Virus record (IMG/VR): IMGVR_UViG_3300034375_010233
Span: 1 to 37,665 of that record
Reading direction: 5' to 3' (one strand)
DNA: 37,665 nucleotides
Source of the DNA: a virus
Lineage: Duplodnaviria > Caudoviricetes
The position numbers and the translations under genes were made by a program. Below, piece after piece: positions 27,196 through 35,981 of this stretch. Below the pieces are notes generated by a model. That model did not search any database. It saw only the letters and a list, made by a program, of their open reading frames with translations, and had not been told where the DNA came from. Each line of letters opens with the position of its first letter. The first letter of the stretch is position 1.

Positions 27196-27429
27196 TTATT
27201 CGGCGGCCTGACGCCGGACCGCGTCAGCAAGGCCGACAGCGAAGCGTGCAGAGTTCGACATCTGCAGGCTGAGGGGGATTTCGATGTCCACGCCACGAAG
27301 TGTCGGCGCTTTCTCTTCGATCTGGCGGGCCCAAGTGCCGATGACTTCGCACGCAAACAAGAAGCCGCGGCGTTCATCGGGATCCAGTGACTGGATGGCC
27401 ATGTCGCGTAGATTGAGTTGATCAGCCAT
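27196..27429 (-). CDS. Hypothetical early protein
   Basis: Overlaps the upstream gene; operon packing. Confidence 0.6.
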   Translation of the reverse strand: MADQLNLRDMAIQSLDPDERRGFLFACEVIGTWARQIEEKAPTLRGVDIEIPLSLQMSNSARFAVGLADAVRRQAAE

Positions 27430-27685
27430 TGTCACGTGCCGAATTCAGGAACGTAACGTTTTCCAAGTCGGCCATGTCGGCGATGACGCCCATGGCGCGA
27501 CGGCGATGTAGCAGCTCAGCAGCGATCTGGGGGATGGTGAGTAGGATAAGTGCCGCATCTGCATCCGTCAGGCATTCATTCTGCTGGGCTGAACGACTGG
27601 CGCGTTCAACCTTTTCGAGGATGTCGTCGGTGATAGGGCCGCCGGTTGCGAGGGGAATGGACGGTAGGGGGACAGCTTGTGCCAT
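27422..27685 (-). CDS. Hypothetical protein, first gene of the leftward early operon
   Basis: GGAGA RBS, downstream of PL. Confidence 0.7.
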   Translation of the reverse strand: MAQAVPLPSIPLATGGPITDDILEKVERASRSAQQNECLTDADAALILLTIPQIAAELLHRRRAMGVIADMADLENVTFLNSARDNG

Positions 27686-27718
27686 GGGGGTGTTCTCCAG
27701 TGTGTTGCGTTACACTAG

Positions 27719-27769
27719 AGTTATGGGTTTCAACCTGTGACTGTCAATGCAAATTGTGCAAAAAATGCA
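27719..27769 (-). promoter_or_regulatory. Leftward early promoter PL with operator OL
   Basis: Minus strand: TGCA-TTTTT-TGCA-CAATT-TGCA-TTGACA-N16-CATAAC. Confidence 0.7.
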
Positions 27770-27771
27770 AA

Positions 27772-28206
27772 CTATGATGTATCACCGTCCGCAATGCGGC
27801 ATAGTTTGAAGGCTTCCCGCAACAGGATCCCGTACAAGACGATCGGTGGGCTCGAGATCATAAGGGCGAATAGGAAGGGATCTGCATCGTCGTAGCTGCG
27901 AACGAAAACATCGCGGTACAGGCTGCTGCTAAAGCCGATGGAGATGAAGTAGCTGCACAGTGTGGTCGCTATGCAAAATATGATTAAAAAGCCAATGGGC
28001 TTTAGTGGAATTGGTCCGCGATGCTCTTCTACTCCGGCCCATTTGAAGTGCTCGATATTTGATCGAACAACAAAAATTGCTGCGCAAAAGCTGGAAATCG
28101 TAGCGCTTATTGCGGCAAAGGAGAGTGTTGCCGTCGTATCGAAAAGCAAAACTGGCATTGTTTTGAAGTAGATAAAGCAAACCGTCCAGTAGATTGCAGT
28201 TAACAT
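27772..28206 (-). CDS. Multi-TM membrane protein co-transcribed with the repressor
   Basis: Starts 1 nt after the cI stop; 3-4 hydrophobic segments; AT-richer. Confidence 0.7.
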   Translation of the reverse strand: MLTAIYWTVCFIYFKTMPVLLFDTTATLSFAAISATISSFCAAIFVVRSNIEHFKWAGVEEHRGPIPLKPIGFLIIFCIATTLCSYFISIGFSSSLYRDVFVRSYDDADPFLFALMISSPPIVLYGILLREAFKLCRIADGDTS

Positions 28207-28207
28207 A

Positions 28208-28822
28208 CTAAGTTCTCCAAGAGGCGATTACTTTACCTTTGATCACTACGTTTTTGCCGTCAACCACGTGCACGCGCTGTTCCGATGGGGTGGTGCTTCC
28301 TGATACTAAAACTGGCGGTTCAAATCGTCGTAGCAAAGTGGAGGCTATTCCTGTTTGCCAGTCGTAAATTTGTGCAAGTACGATGTCCCCAGTCTTGCAT
28401 GTTTCGGATTTATTTGTGTCGACTAAAAGCTTGTCGCCGATGGAGTATCCGTTGATCACCATAGATCCAGTGCGTACCCTCCAAACATCGATACCAGGCA
28501 TTCCGCCACCTAGTCCGGATACAATGCCGTGCATAGCAACTTGCTCATGAGCTGAACCTTCCCACGGTACAGCGTCACCATTCGATTGGCTTGGTTCAAG
28601 TTTCTTTGCTTCTTGAACCTCTAGTGCGCCGGCGTGTTTCAGCACCTGGTCTAGTGGAACCTTTAGCACCTCAGCGAATGCTTTCGCCCACTCAAGGCTC
28701 ATTTTTTGATGGCCGTTATAGATGCGCGAGACGATTGAGCGATCGCGGCCCATTTTTTGCGCAATATCTTCGGCGGTAACGCCCGCAGCTTTCTGCTTAG
28801 TTTTAAACCACTTGTCATCCAT
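28208..28822 (-). CDS. cI: CI-like repressor (XRE HTH + S24-like domain)
   Basis: TAEDIAQKMGRDRSIVSRIYNG HTH; RVRTGSM...GDKLLVD...GDIVLA...IKGKVI C-terminal domain; divergent from a cro-like gene. Confidence 0.88.
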   Translation of the reverse strand: MDDKWFKTKQKAAGVTAEDIAQKMGRDRSIVSRIYNGHQKMSLEWAKAFAEVLKVPLDQVLKHAGALEVQEAKKLEPSQSNGDAVPWEGSAHEQVAMHGIVSGLGGGMPGIDVWRVRTGSMVINGYSIGDKLLVDTNKSETCKTGDIVLAQIYDWQTGIASTLLRRFEPPVLVSGSTTPSEQRVHVVDGKNVVIKGKVIASWRT

Positions 28823-28859
28823 GTGTCGCTAAGTAGTAACTGGAAACTCACAATGCATG

Positions 28860-28912
28860 TGCAATTTATGCAAAATGTGCATTGCCAAGATGTATGTTTG
28901 CGATCTACATCT
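28860..28912 (+). promoter_or_regulatory. Rightward early promoter PR with operator OR
   Basis: TGCA-ATTTA-TGCA-AAATG-TGCA-TTGCCA; inverted repeat AGATGTA-N11-TACATCT at 28888-28912. Confidence 0.7.
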
Positions 28913-28918
28913 AGCGTC

Positions 28919-29206
28919 ATGAGTAGCAACCTAACACCACTTGAAGTATGCGAGCGCCTCGTTGCGCCCTTATCTCAACTTGGCAGTATCGCCGGGTTGA
29001 AGGAAAAAGCCGCATATGGCTGGCGCAACGGCTCACAGTGGCGCGAAGCCGGAGACTTGCCGCCGCGCGTCAACCGCACCCTTCTCAAATACGCGAAGCG
29101 GCACGGGATCCCATTGACCCCAGCCCATCTGATCTGGGGCGCAAGCCGTTCAGAGATCGATGCGCTGTTGCAAGGCATGGCGCGCCGTTCGGTGGCTGCA
29201 GAATGA
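28919..29206 (+). CDS. Cro-like regulator (probably leaderless)
   Basis: LSQLGSIAGLKEKAAYGW...GDLP...AKRHGIPLTPAHL; divergent from cI; no SD, ATG just after the -10 region. Confidence 0.75.
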   Translation: MSSNLTPLEVCERLVAPLSQLGSIAGLKEKAAYGWRNGSQWREAGDLPPRVNRTLLKYAKRHGIPLTPAHLIWGASRSEIDALLQGMARRSVAAE

Positions 29207-29362
29207 TCCGGTCATGGTCCTCCCTGACCCGGATCTTCCGGACCGTTAGCTGCAGTTGGCCTCTGCTAGGGCTCAGTCTGTCTCAGGCGCGGTTCGTACT
29301 GGTGCGTGTGCCGTCCGAGTTTATCGGCTTCGGCGCACGCATCTCTTTTGGGAGAGATGCCC

Positions 29363-29656
29363 ATGGCCTTTAATCCCATACTCGCAATCCGTTTCAGCGC
29401 GTTCGCCGTCGGCATGATGGCACAAAGCAATCAGCTATCGAAAAGCGACGTAGACGAGTTGCTGGCGAAGGCTTCCAAACAATTAGATGCCGACAATCAG
29501 TTCTTGCAGGCTATCGCTGGCTTCGCGCTGTTGTTTCAAGCCAATCGTTTTGACGCGACCTATCTTGCGTCGATCGGCGCGGACCTCGTCAGAGCTGTCC
29601 AGGTTGAAATGCTTCCCAACGCTCCGGATGCGCATCGGGTCGATATCCATGGCTAG
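29363..29656 (+). CDS. Hypothetical protein
   Basis: GGAGAG RBS; ends in RVDIHG. Confidence 0.65.
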   Translation: MAFNPILAIRFSAFAVGMMAQSNQLSKSDVDELLAKASKQLDADNQFLQAIAGFALLFQANRFDATYLASIGADLVRAVQVEMLPNAPDAHRVDIHG

Positions 29657-29978
29657 CAATATCGAAGCAAAATTGACCGCCGCAGATCAGACACTGGCTT
29701 TCACGCTCAGCTGGTTCGTGGCCGAGCGGATGCCGAACCGGGCAGATCAGAAACTGTTTGCCGGCATCCTGAACGATGTTCTGCCTTTCGTAAGCGAGGA
29801 CCACCCGATCATGCGCCCGATGATCGCCCCTGCACATGGGCTGATCCAGTCGATCGGGGCCGGCGATCTTGGATCCGGCTGGGCCCACTATGATGCCTCA
29901 GCTGCGATCGCAAAGTTCGCTCGCTGGCGGGCAGGGCGGTCCAATGAAGTTTTCCAAAATGAAAGAGGTCCTGAATGA
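29649..29978 (+). CDS. Hypothetical protein
   Basis: Overlaps both neighbours. Confidence 0.6.
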   Translation: MASNIEAKLTAADQTLAFTLSWFVAERMPNRADQKLFAGILNDVLPFVSEDHPIMRPMIAPAHGLIQSIGAGDLGSGWAHYDASAAIAKFARWRAGRSNEVFQNERGPE

Positions 29979-30844
29979 TCGATATTATCCAGACGTTGGA
30001 CGCCAAGGAAAAAGAACTGAAAGATTGCGCGGGCGATATCCACACGCTTCGGTATTCGTTCGAAGTCTTCCTGAACAATCTTAAAAGCATCGGCATCGAT
30101 GCGAGCGTGACGGCTGATTTCACCAAGGCCATCGGGGTCGAGCTGGTTCTGCCTGCACGTTTGAAAGCGTTGCTGCAGGACGATGCGGTCGGCGATGGCA
30201 GTGCGATCCAAGACTTTTCGACGGCAGAGCGCTTCCGCCATCAAAATGATATTCCCGCACCTGTGGCAGATGTCGCGCCGGCAATCACGGCTCAACAGCC
30301 CGCTATCGACGGGCCCGAAGAGGCTTCGGGCAGGTCCGAGGCACCTGTGCAGCCAGCAGCTGCATATGAGCCTGTGACTGGTCCATTCTCTGAAGACGAG
30401 CTTGCGACATTGATCGACCAATCGTCGCGGGGTGCATCAGTATCGCAAATAGCGCAAGCACTAGGGCGTACCCCTAAAAGCGTGCAAAACAAGATTACCC
30501 GATCACGTGATCAAATCCGAAAGGCTTCCGAAAAGCGGCGGGCAACCCACAAAAAATATGCGGCGAAGCCGAAGGTAAAAGATCCGGTCCAAGCTGATAC
30601 CCCAGCGGATCTTGTGGTCACCGCCACATGGACGCCAAAGCTCGATCTGAAGCTGGCGCAGCTTATGGCCAAGGGCACCGGTGCAGCCGGCGCAGCTGCG
30701 GTGCTGAGATTGCAGAAAGAACACGTTCATGCGCGCTGGCGTGAGATCAAGGATTGGGTGGGTGAGCCAATCCAAAGCAACGATGACATCGTAGCTGCGC
30801 TGCAAGATCGGCTCGCTACCCTCGACCATACCTCATCGACCTGA
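29975..30844 (+). CDS. Protein with two GcrA/Myb-like HTH modules
   Basis: FSEDELATL..SSRGASVSQIAQALGRTPKSVQNKITR and WTPKLDLKLAQLMAKG...VHARW. Confidence 0.65.
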   Translation: MIDIIQTLDAKEKELKDCAGDIHTLRYSFEVFLNNLKSIGIDASVTADFTKAIGVELVLPARLKALLQDDAVGDGSAIQDFSTAERFRHQNDIPAPVADVAPAITAQQPAIDGPEEASGRSEAPVQPAAAYEPVTGPFSEDELATLIDQSSRGASVSQIAQALGRTPKSVQNKITRSRDQIRKASEKRRATHKKYAAKPKVKDPVQADTPADLVVTATWTPKLDLKLAQLMAKGTGAAGAAAVLRLQKEHVHARWREIKDWVGEPIQSNDDIVAALQDRLATLDHTSST

Positions 30845-30859
30845 TCGGCAGTCGCCCCC

Positions 30860-32023
30860 ATGTCCCCCCGTCCCACATACTCCCTTGACGAAATCAAGGG
30901 CATGCTGATCGACCAGCTCGACAGTGTGCTGGCGCAATACGCGCCGCCGGCAAGCGGATCACACACAACGTTTGGCAAATACTACACGTTGAACCCGGGG
31001 CGCGCCGATCGATCCGTTGGCAGCTTCTGTGTGACTGTGTCGGGTCCCGACGCCGGCCGCTGGAATGACTATGCTGTCGGTAGCGTACCAGGACAGGGGT
31101 ATGGCGATGTTCTGGACTTGATCGCGCTGTCACTGGGCTGTGACATGCAGGGGGCGTTGCGCGAAGCACGAGGCTTTCTAGGCTTGCAGTCCGACAGCCC
31201 CGACGACATTCGCCGGCGCAAACAGGCGGCAGAAGCCTCAGCTGCGCGGCGCAAGCAGGCCGAAGCGTCTGCCAGAGATAAAAAGATCAAGCGTATGAAG
31301 GCTGCGCAGGCGATATTTCTGGGAGGACAGGAACGCATCGCCAATACGCCGGTCGAGTTCTATCTTCGCGACCAGCGCGGCATTGATCTCCGTAGCCTGG
31401 GCCGCCAGCCCGGCGTGCTGCGATATGTTCCCAAGCTGAACTATTACCACGAGGACGAGAAGACCGGCGAGGTGTTCGACGGCGCATACCCGGCCATGGT
31501 TGCTATGATCACCAATCATCGTGGCGAAAACGTTGCGGTGCATCGCACATGGCTGGCCCAGAAGTCGGACGGTACTTGGGATAAGGCTCCCGTGCCCAAA
31601 GCCAAAAAGGTGCTCGGAGACTATTGGACCAGCAGCATTCACATCTGGAAGGGCATCGGTCCGCGCGGCGGCAAGCCGGGTAGCCTGCGTGAAGTGAAAG
31701 CCGGTGCGCACGTATTCATCGCTGAAGGCATCGAGGATGCGCTCTCCGCGGTGGTCCTAAAGCCGGAGGTCCGCGTGTTGGCCGCCATATCCCTGAGCAA
31801 CCTTGGTCACGTCGTACTGCCAGAGGCCGTCGAGCACGTCACATTGATCGCGGACCTAGATGACAACGATACGGCGCGCGCCGAGCTAGACCGCGCTATC
31901 ACCAGCCACCAATCCGCCGGCCGCACGGTCCGGGTCTTTCAAAACCGCTGGGGCGGCAAAGATCTGAACGACGCCTTGCGTGCGGCATCAACCCAAGCTG
32001 AAAACGGAAAGGGAGCCGCATGA
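30860..32023 (+). CDS. DNA primase (TOPRIM)
   Basis: LNPGRADRSVGSF, GDVLDLI, AVHRTWL, IAEGIEDALS, IADLD, GKDLNDAL. Confidence 0.88.
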   Translation: MSPRPTYSLDEIKGMLIDQLDSVLAQYAPPASGSHTTFGKYYTLNPGRADRSVGSFCVTVSGPDAGRWNDYAVGSVPGQGYGDVLDLIALSLGCDMQGALREARGFLGLQSDSPDDIRRRKQAAEASAARRKQAEASARDKKIKRMKAAQAIFLGGQERIANTPVEFYLRDQRGIDLRSLGRQPGVLRYVPKLNYYHEDEKTGEVFDGAYPAMVAMITNHRGENVAVHRTWLAQKSDGTWDKAPVPKAKKVLGDYWTSSIHIWKGIGPRGGKPGSLREVKAGAHVFIAEGIEDALSAVVLKPEVRVLAAISLSNLGHVVLPEAVEHVTLIADLDDNDTARAELDRAITSHQSAGRTVRVFQNRWGGKDLNDALRAASTQAENGKGAA

Positions 32024-32310
32024 CTAACTTTGCGCGACTGGAAACACATCACGGGCTGCAGGTCCTTTGCCGTGTTGAAGCGATCACGAGTGATAATGGC
32101 CGATACGGCCCGGCCGTCATCACACGGTGTGATCCATCAATCTCGATCGAGATCAAAGAGGGGCCTTTTGCCGACAGCGATGAAGGCTGGACCGATGCGG
32201 AAAAGATAATGGCAGCGATGGATCTGGCTGAGTTTTCGGCAGGTGCCATTCAAATAGCTGCACGCTTTGCGACGTCTGATGATGGCGTGCAAGAGGGTGA
32301 CCTAGCATGA
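32020..32310 (+). CDS. Hypothetical protein
   Basis: GGAG RBS, ATGA overlap. Confidence 0.65.
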   Translation: MTNFARLETHHGLQVLCRVEAITSDNGRYGPAVITRCDPSISIEIKEGPFADSDEGWTDAEKIMAAMDLAEFSAGAIQIAARFATSDDGVQEGDLA

Positions 32311-32561
32311 CAGGGTCGAACTCTAAGCCATTCGATCTGGATCAGCAGAGCGTAATTCAAGCTTTCCATATCGCTGTTCAGGAATGCCCGCCAAACTGCC
32401 CATGCCAGCAGGTACACATCGTTTTGCAGGACATCGATGGCGATGATTTTGCTTCGGCCTCGATGTCGGCGCAGTTGGCGCGCGAAGTTGCTGCAAGGCT
32501 AACCGCGCGTGCCGATCAAGCAGATCTGCGTCTCGCTCGAAAAGCGGGGCAGGTATCGTGA
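32307..32561 (+). CDS. Hypothetical protein with a CPPNCPC..VH metal-binding-like motif
   Basis: ATGA overlap. Confidence 0.65.
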   Translation: MTGSNSKPFDLDQQSVIQAFHIAVQECPPNCPCQQVHIVLQDIDGDDFASASMSAQLAREVAARLTARADQADLRLARKAGQVS

Positions 32562-32839
32562 ATTTTAGAACGGAAAACCGCAATCATTCCTATGGGGTGG
32601 CGTTTGGTGCCGGCAGCTGGGTAGGCATCGATCAATTCGGATTGGTAGTTCCAAACTCCGATTTGAAGGATCCGCTCGATCGTCAGTTTTTCCATTCAGG
32701 TCAAGCTATTGTCGACAAGGCTTGCAGGCTGGCACGCGACGTTCTGCCCGGACCATATGGTTCGAAGGGAAGCGCGCGCAGACGTAAATTTTGTGATCGC
32801 GTTGCCTCGATCGCCACCGATATGGAGGCAAACCTATAA
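32558..32839 (+). CDS. Hypothetical protein
   Basis: GTGA and TAATG overlaps. Confidence 0.6.
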   Translation: MNFRTENRNHSYGVAFGAGSWVGIDQFGLVVPNSDLKDPLDRQFFHSGQAIVDKACRLARDVLPGPYGSKGSARRRKFCDRVASIATDMEANL

Positions 32840-34869
32840 TGAGCGAAACTCAGGCACACTCAAACGACGACTGGCTGCCAGACTACAGCCAAAAAAGCGC
32901 TGATAACCCGACCCGTGAAGATTTGCGAGAGGCGCTGGATAACGCGCCGGAGGCCCCGAGAAAGGCAAGCGATGACACCGACGCACCAAAACCAACATCA
33001 AGAAAAGCTCCTAGCCGCCCTAGCGGAGATGAAAAAGGTTCATCCGGATCTTCAGGCGGCAGCAGAGCGGGCGGGCGTGGCCGCAAGCGCATGGAAATCT
33101 TTGATGACTGTCCGGTCACGCCTTTGGGGATCCGCGGTGGGCACGCCTATTACCTCGATGTTAATGGGCAGCTAAGGGCGATCACAAAGCACGATCGCGA
33201 AACTGTGCTGTCGCTGTTCGGTCACATGAACGAGCGGCTCTCTTATAATTTTCCTCAGTGGAAAGAGAGCAAGGACGGTGGATTTATCCGGAAACCGCGC
33301 GCCTTTGACCAGGCTGCAGCCGCTTGGGAAATGTACGCGGCCGCGTCAGAATGCGGGGTGTTCAATCCGGACAATGCTGTGCGTGGCGTCGGAGCTTGGA
33401 CTGATGACGACGGCCAGCTGATTTATCACATGGGCGACAGTGTACTGGTCGGCGGAGAACCACAGCGGCCGGGGAGGATCGGTAAGAAAATCTATCCGGC
33501 ATATCCGCCGATCCCGCACCCCGATGACAGCACCACACCCACCGATCCCGTGCCAGAGATCCTGCGTACGATCGAGACCTGGAACTGGGCCGCACCAGAT
33601 GTTCACCCGTTCATCACGCTTGGCATGGTCGGTGTACAGATGATGGGAGGGGCGCTGGACTGGCGACCTACCTTCTGGCTTGTGGCTCCAGCCGGATCGG
33701 GCAAGTCCGAGCTGCAGAAGATGATGAAATTCCTGCATGGTGACGACGGCATCGTTCAAACCACGGACGTCACCAAATCTGGTATCACCAGCAAGCTCGG
33801 CCAATCCAGCTTGCCCGTCGCTGTCGATGAGCTTGAACCCGGCGATGAACGCTCAACAAAGGAACGGGACATTATTGCCCTGGCGAGGGTCGCAGCATCA
33901 GGCGGCGAATGGTTCCGGGGATCTGCAGACCAGACCGGTGTTGGTGGTAAGGTATACTCGGCGTTCTTCTTCAGCTCGATCCTGATACCCGGCGTGATGA
34001 AAACGCAGGATGTCCAGCGTCTGATCCGTCTTGAGCTACGTCCCCTGAAGGCTGGGACAGCTAAGCTGAATATGCAGGCACGCACGTGGCGGGCACGTGG
34101 TGCCCGTCTAAAGCGGATGCTGATCGAGCGCTGGCCTACTTGGGCGGAGCGTATGGCGGCATGGCGTCACGCGCTTGAGCTCGCCGGTGTCACCGGCCGC
34201 GATGCTGATAACTGGGGCACAGTGCTCGCGATGGCTGACATGTGCAGCCAAGAGGATATTGCAACCGAGGATGTGATGGCCAATTGGGCGGCCAAGATCG
34301 CTTTCATGGCGAACGCAGATCGCGAAGAAACTGTAAACGATGCAGATGCGATGCTCTTGCATCTCATGGGCCAGCAATATGATCCGTTCCGGCGCGGTCA
34401 GCAGTACAATATCGCCCAATGGGTCATGACCGCCGCCAAACTACCTGGCGCACCTGACGGGTTGCGCAGCAGCATGGGCGAGGATGACGGCGACGTTGCC
34501 ATGACGCGGGCCAGCGAGAAGGCCAACAGCATGTTGGCCAACGTCGGTCTTCGAGTTCAGGGGTCAGGTGAAAATGCCAACGTGTTCATCGCGAACCAGC
34601 AGATCCAACAGCTGAAGGAACTGTTCAGAAACTCTGACTGGGCGGGAGGCGTCTGGAAGCAGTCAGCATCGCGCGTACCAGGAGCCACACCGACCCCCAA
34701 CCCCCTGACCTTGGCCGGGATACGCTCGCGCGGCTACCTGATGCCCGTAAAGTCGATCCCCGGTCTCACCGGCTTTCCGATGGACCGCGACCGCAACGCC
34801 ACTGTTGTGGACGGTGCACAAGCGCCCCACGGCAAACCTCTCCCCAATGATGTAGACGATTTTGGCTGA
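32839..34869 (+). CDS. Replicative helicase / P-loop ATPase paired with the primase
   Basis: Walker A APAGSGKS, Walker B VAVDELE, SAFFFSSI sensor-like strand; GGAGG RBS. Confidence 0.82.
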   Translation: MSETQAHSNDDWLPDYSQKSADNPTREDLREALDNAPEAPRKASDDTDAPKPTSRKAPSRPSGDEKGSSGSSGGSRAGGRGRKRMEIFDDCPVTPLGIRGGHAYYLDVNGQLRAITKHDRETVLSLFGHMNERLSYNFPQWKESKDGGFIRKPRAFDQAAAAWEMYAAASECGVFNPDNAVRGVGAWTDDDGQLIYHMGDSVLVGGEPQRPGRIGKKIYPAYPPIPHPDDSTTPTDPVPEILRTIETWNWAAPDVHPFITLGMVGVQMMGGALDWRPTFWLVAPAGSGKSELQKMMKFLHGDDGIVQTTDVTKSGITSKLGQSSLPVAVDELEPGDERSTKERDIIALARVAASGGEWFRGSADQTGVGGKVYSAFFFSSILIPGVMKTQDVQRLIRLELRPLKAGTAKLNMQARTWRARGARLKRMLIERWPTWAERMAAWRHALELAGVTGRDADNWGTVLAMADMCSQEDIATEDVMANWAAKIAFMANADREETVNDADAMLLHLMGQQYDPFRRGQQYNIAQWVMTAAKLPGAPDGLRSSMGEDDGDVAMTRASEKANSMLANVGLRVQGSGENANVFIANQQIQQLKELFRNSDWAGGVWKQSASRVPGATPTPNPLTLAGIRSRGYLMPVKSIPGLTGFPMDRDRNATVVDGAQAPHGKPLPNDVDDFG

Positions 34870-34984
34870 TATGATGAGAGCGACATTCAACCCATTGATC
34901 TGCGGCGATTGTTTCCGCTTCACCCCGACCCGTTTGGATGCCATTATTACCACGCGAGAGGTGCCTGCGGCCATGGGTCAGGGG

Positions 34985-35265
34985 CACAACGGCGCACAAA
35001 ACGGAAGTGCCAGCGTTGTGCCCTTTGTTGTGGGCAAAAACGCAATCAAAACATGGGCTTACTCGCTGCCCACAACGCTACAACGGAAAATCCAGACATA
35101 CACACATGTGTGCACATGCGCATGCGCGCGCGTGAGGGCATGCCGTTTTTTCCGTTGTACCGTTGTGTCTCTATCTTATGTCATTGAAAGATATAAAGAA
35201 AAGGCCACAACAGACCCCACAACGCTAGGTCTAAAGTGCCAAAAAGCGTTGTGCCTACCGTTGTG
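34985..35265. repeat. Putative replication origin: iteron array (YACAAC/GTTGTR)
   Basis: 11 copies in alternating pairs, in non-coding DNA just after the helicase gene. Confidence 0.75.
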
Positions 35266-35306
35266 GGCTGTCGCTAACCCCTTGGAAATCAATAAAAAAG
35301 GGGGTT

Positions 35307-35981
35307 TTGAGCGTGGCTAAAGCGAAAAATACCTTCGAAGTGATGGCTGCGGATGCGGCTGTGCGTCTGCGCAAGATGCACGACGCGGGTCAGCAGCTGA
35401 CCTTCCTGCCTGATGAGGCCGGCAGCGTGGTGGATGTGGTCGAGGACAAGGCACCTGGGCGTCCGAAGGGTGCCAAGGGCAAGGTTAACAACCAGATGCG
35501 CGATTGGCTGGCGGCCAAGGGCTACGCCATGCCCGAGGATGTTCTGGCGCAGATGGCTGGGCTGGCCAACGGTGGCGATGCGATGATGGCTGCCCTAGAG
35601 CGCACCGAGATGGTGCTGGCTTGGGCATATGACGGTGCCACCACAAAGGTCAAAGGCGGCGGCACAAAGCCTGCGGTGCCGTCCGGTGGCCAGCGGCTGG
35701 CCGTGTTCATGCAGATCTACACGATCCAGCTGCGGGCAGCGGATGCCTTGCTGCCTTACGGCGCGCCGAAGGCGACACCGGACGTCAGCGTGCAGCAGTC
35801 GGTCTACGTCAACGTGCCATCGGCCCCAGCGGCTGGCCAGCCGGGCGACAATGCCCGCGTCGTGAGCGGGTCGCGCAGCGGTCGGATGGTGCCTGCGGAT
35901 GTCGCCTATGAAAACGAGCAAAATCAAGACGTTAGCGATAAGGAAAAATCCAAGTCGGACAAGGGAAGTCGGACGGAATGA
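35307..35981 (+). CDS. terS: Probable terminase small subunit
   Basis: GRPKGAKGK motif, AADALLPY..PK motif, upstream of terL; start may be GTG 35313. Confidence 0.7.
   Translation: MSVAKAKNTFEVMAADAAVRLRKMHDAGQQLTFLPDEAGSVVDVVEDKAPGRPKGAKGKVNNQMRDWLAAKGYAMPEDVLAQMAGLANGGDAMMAALERTEMVLAWAYDGATTKVKGGGTKPAVPSGGQRLAVFMQIYTIQLRAADALLPYGAPKATPDVSVQQSVYVNVPSAPAAGQPGDNARVVSGSRSGRMVPADVAYENEQNQDVSDKEKSKSDKGSRTE

Noticed and set aside
34985-35265. CRISPR mini-array
   Set aside because: The repeats are only 6-7 bp, alternate in orientation and are irregularly spaced.
34862-35320. 152-aa ORF and its overlapping alternatives
   Set aside because: They run across the iteron array and RY tract (THVCTCACARVRAC) and read as translated DNA signals.
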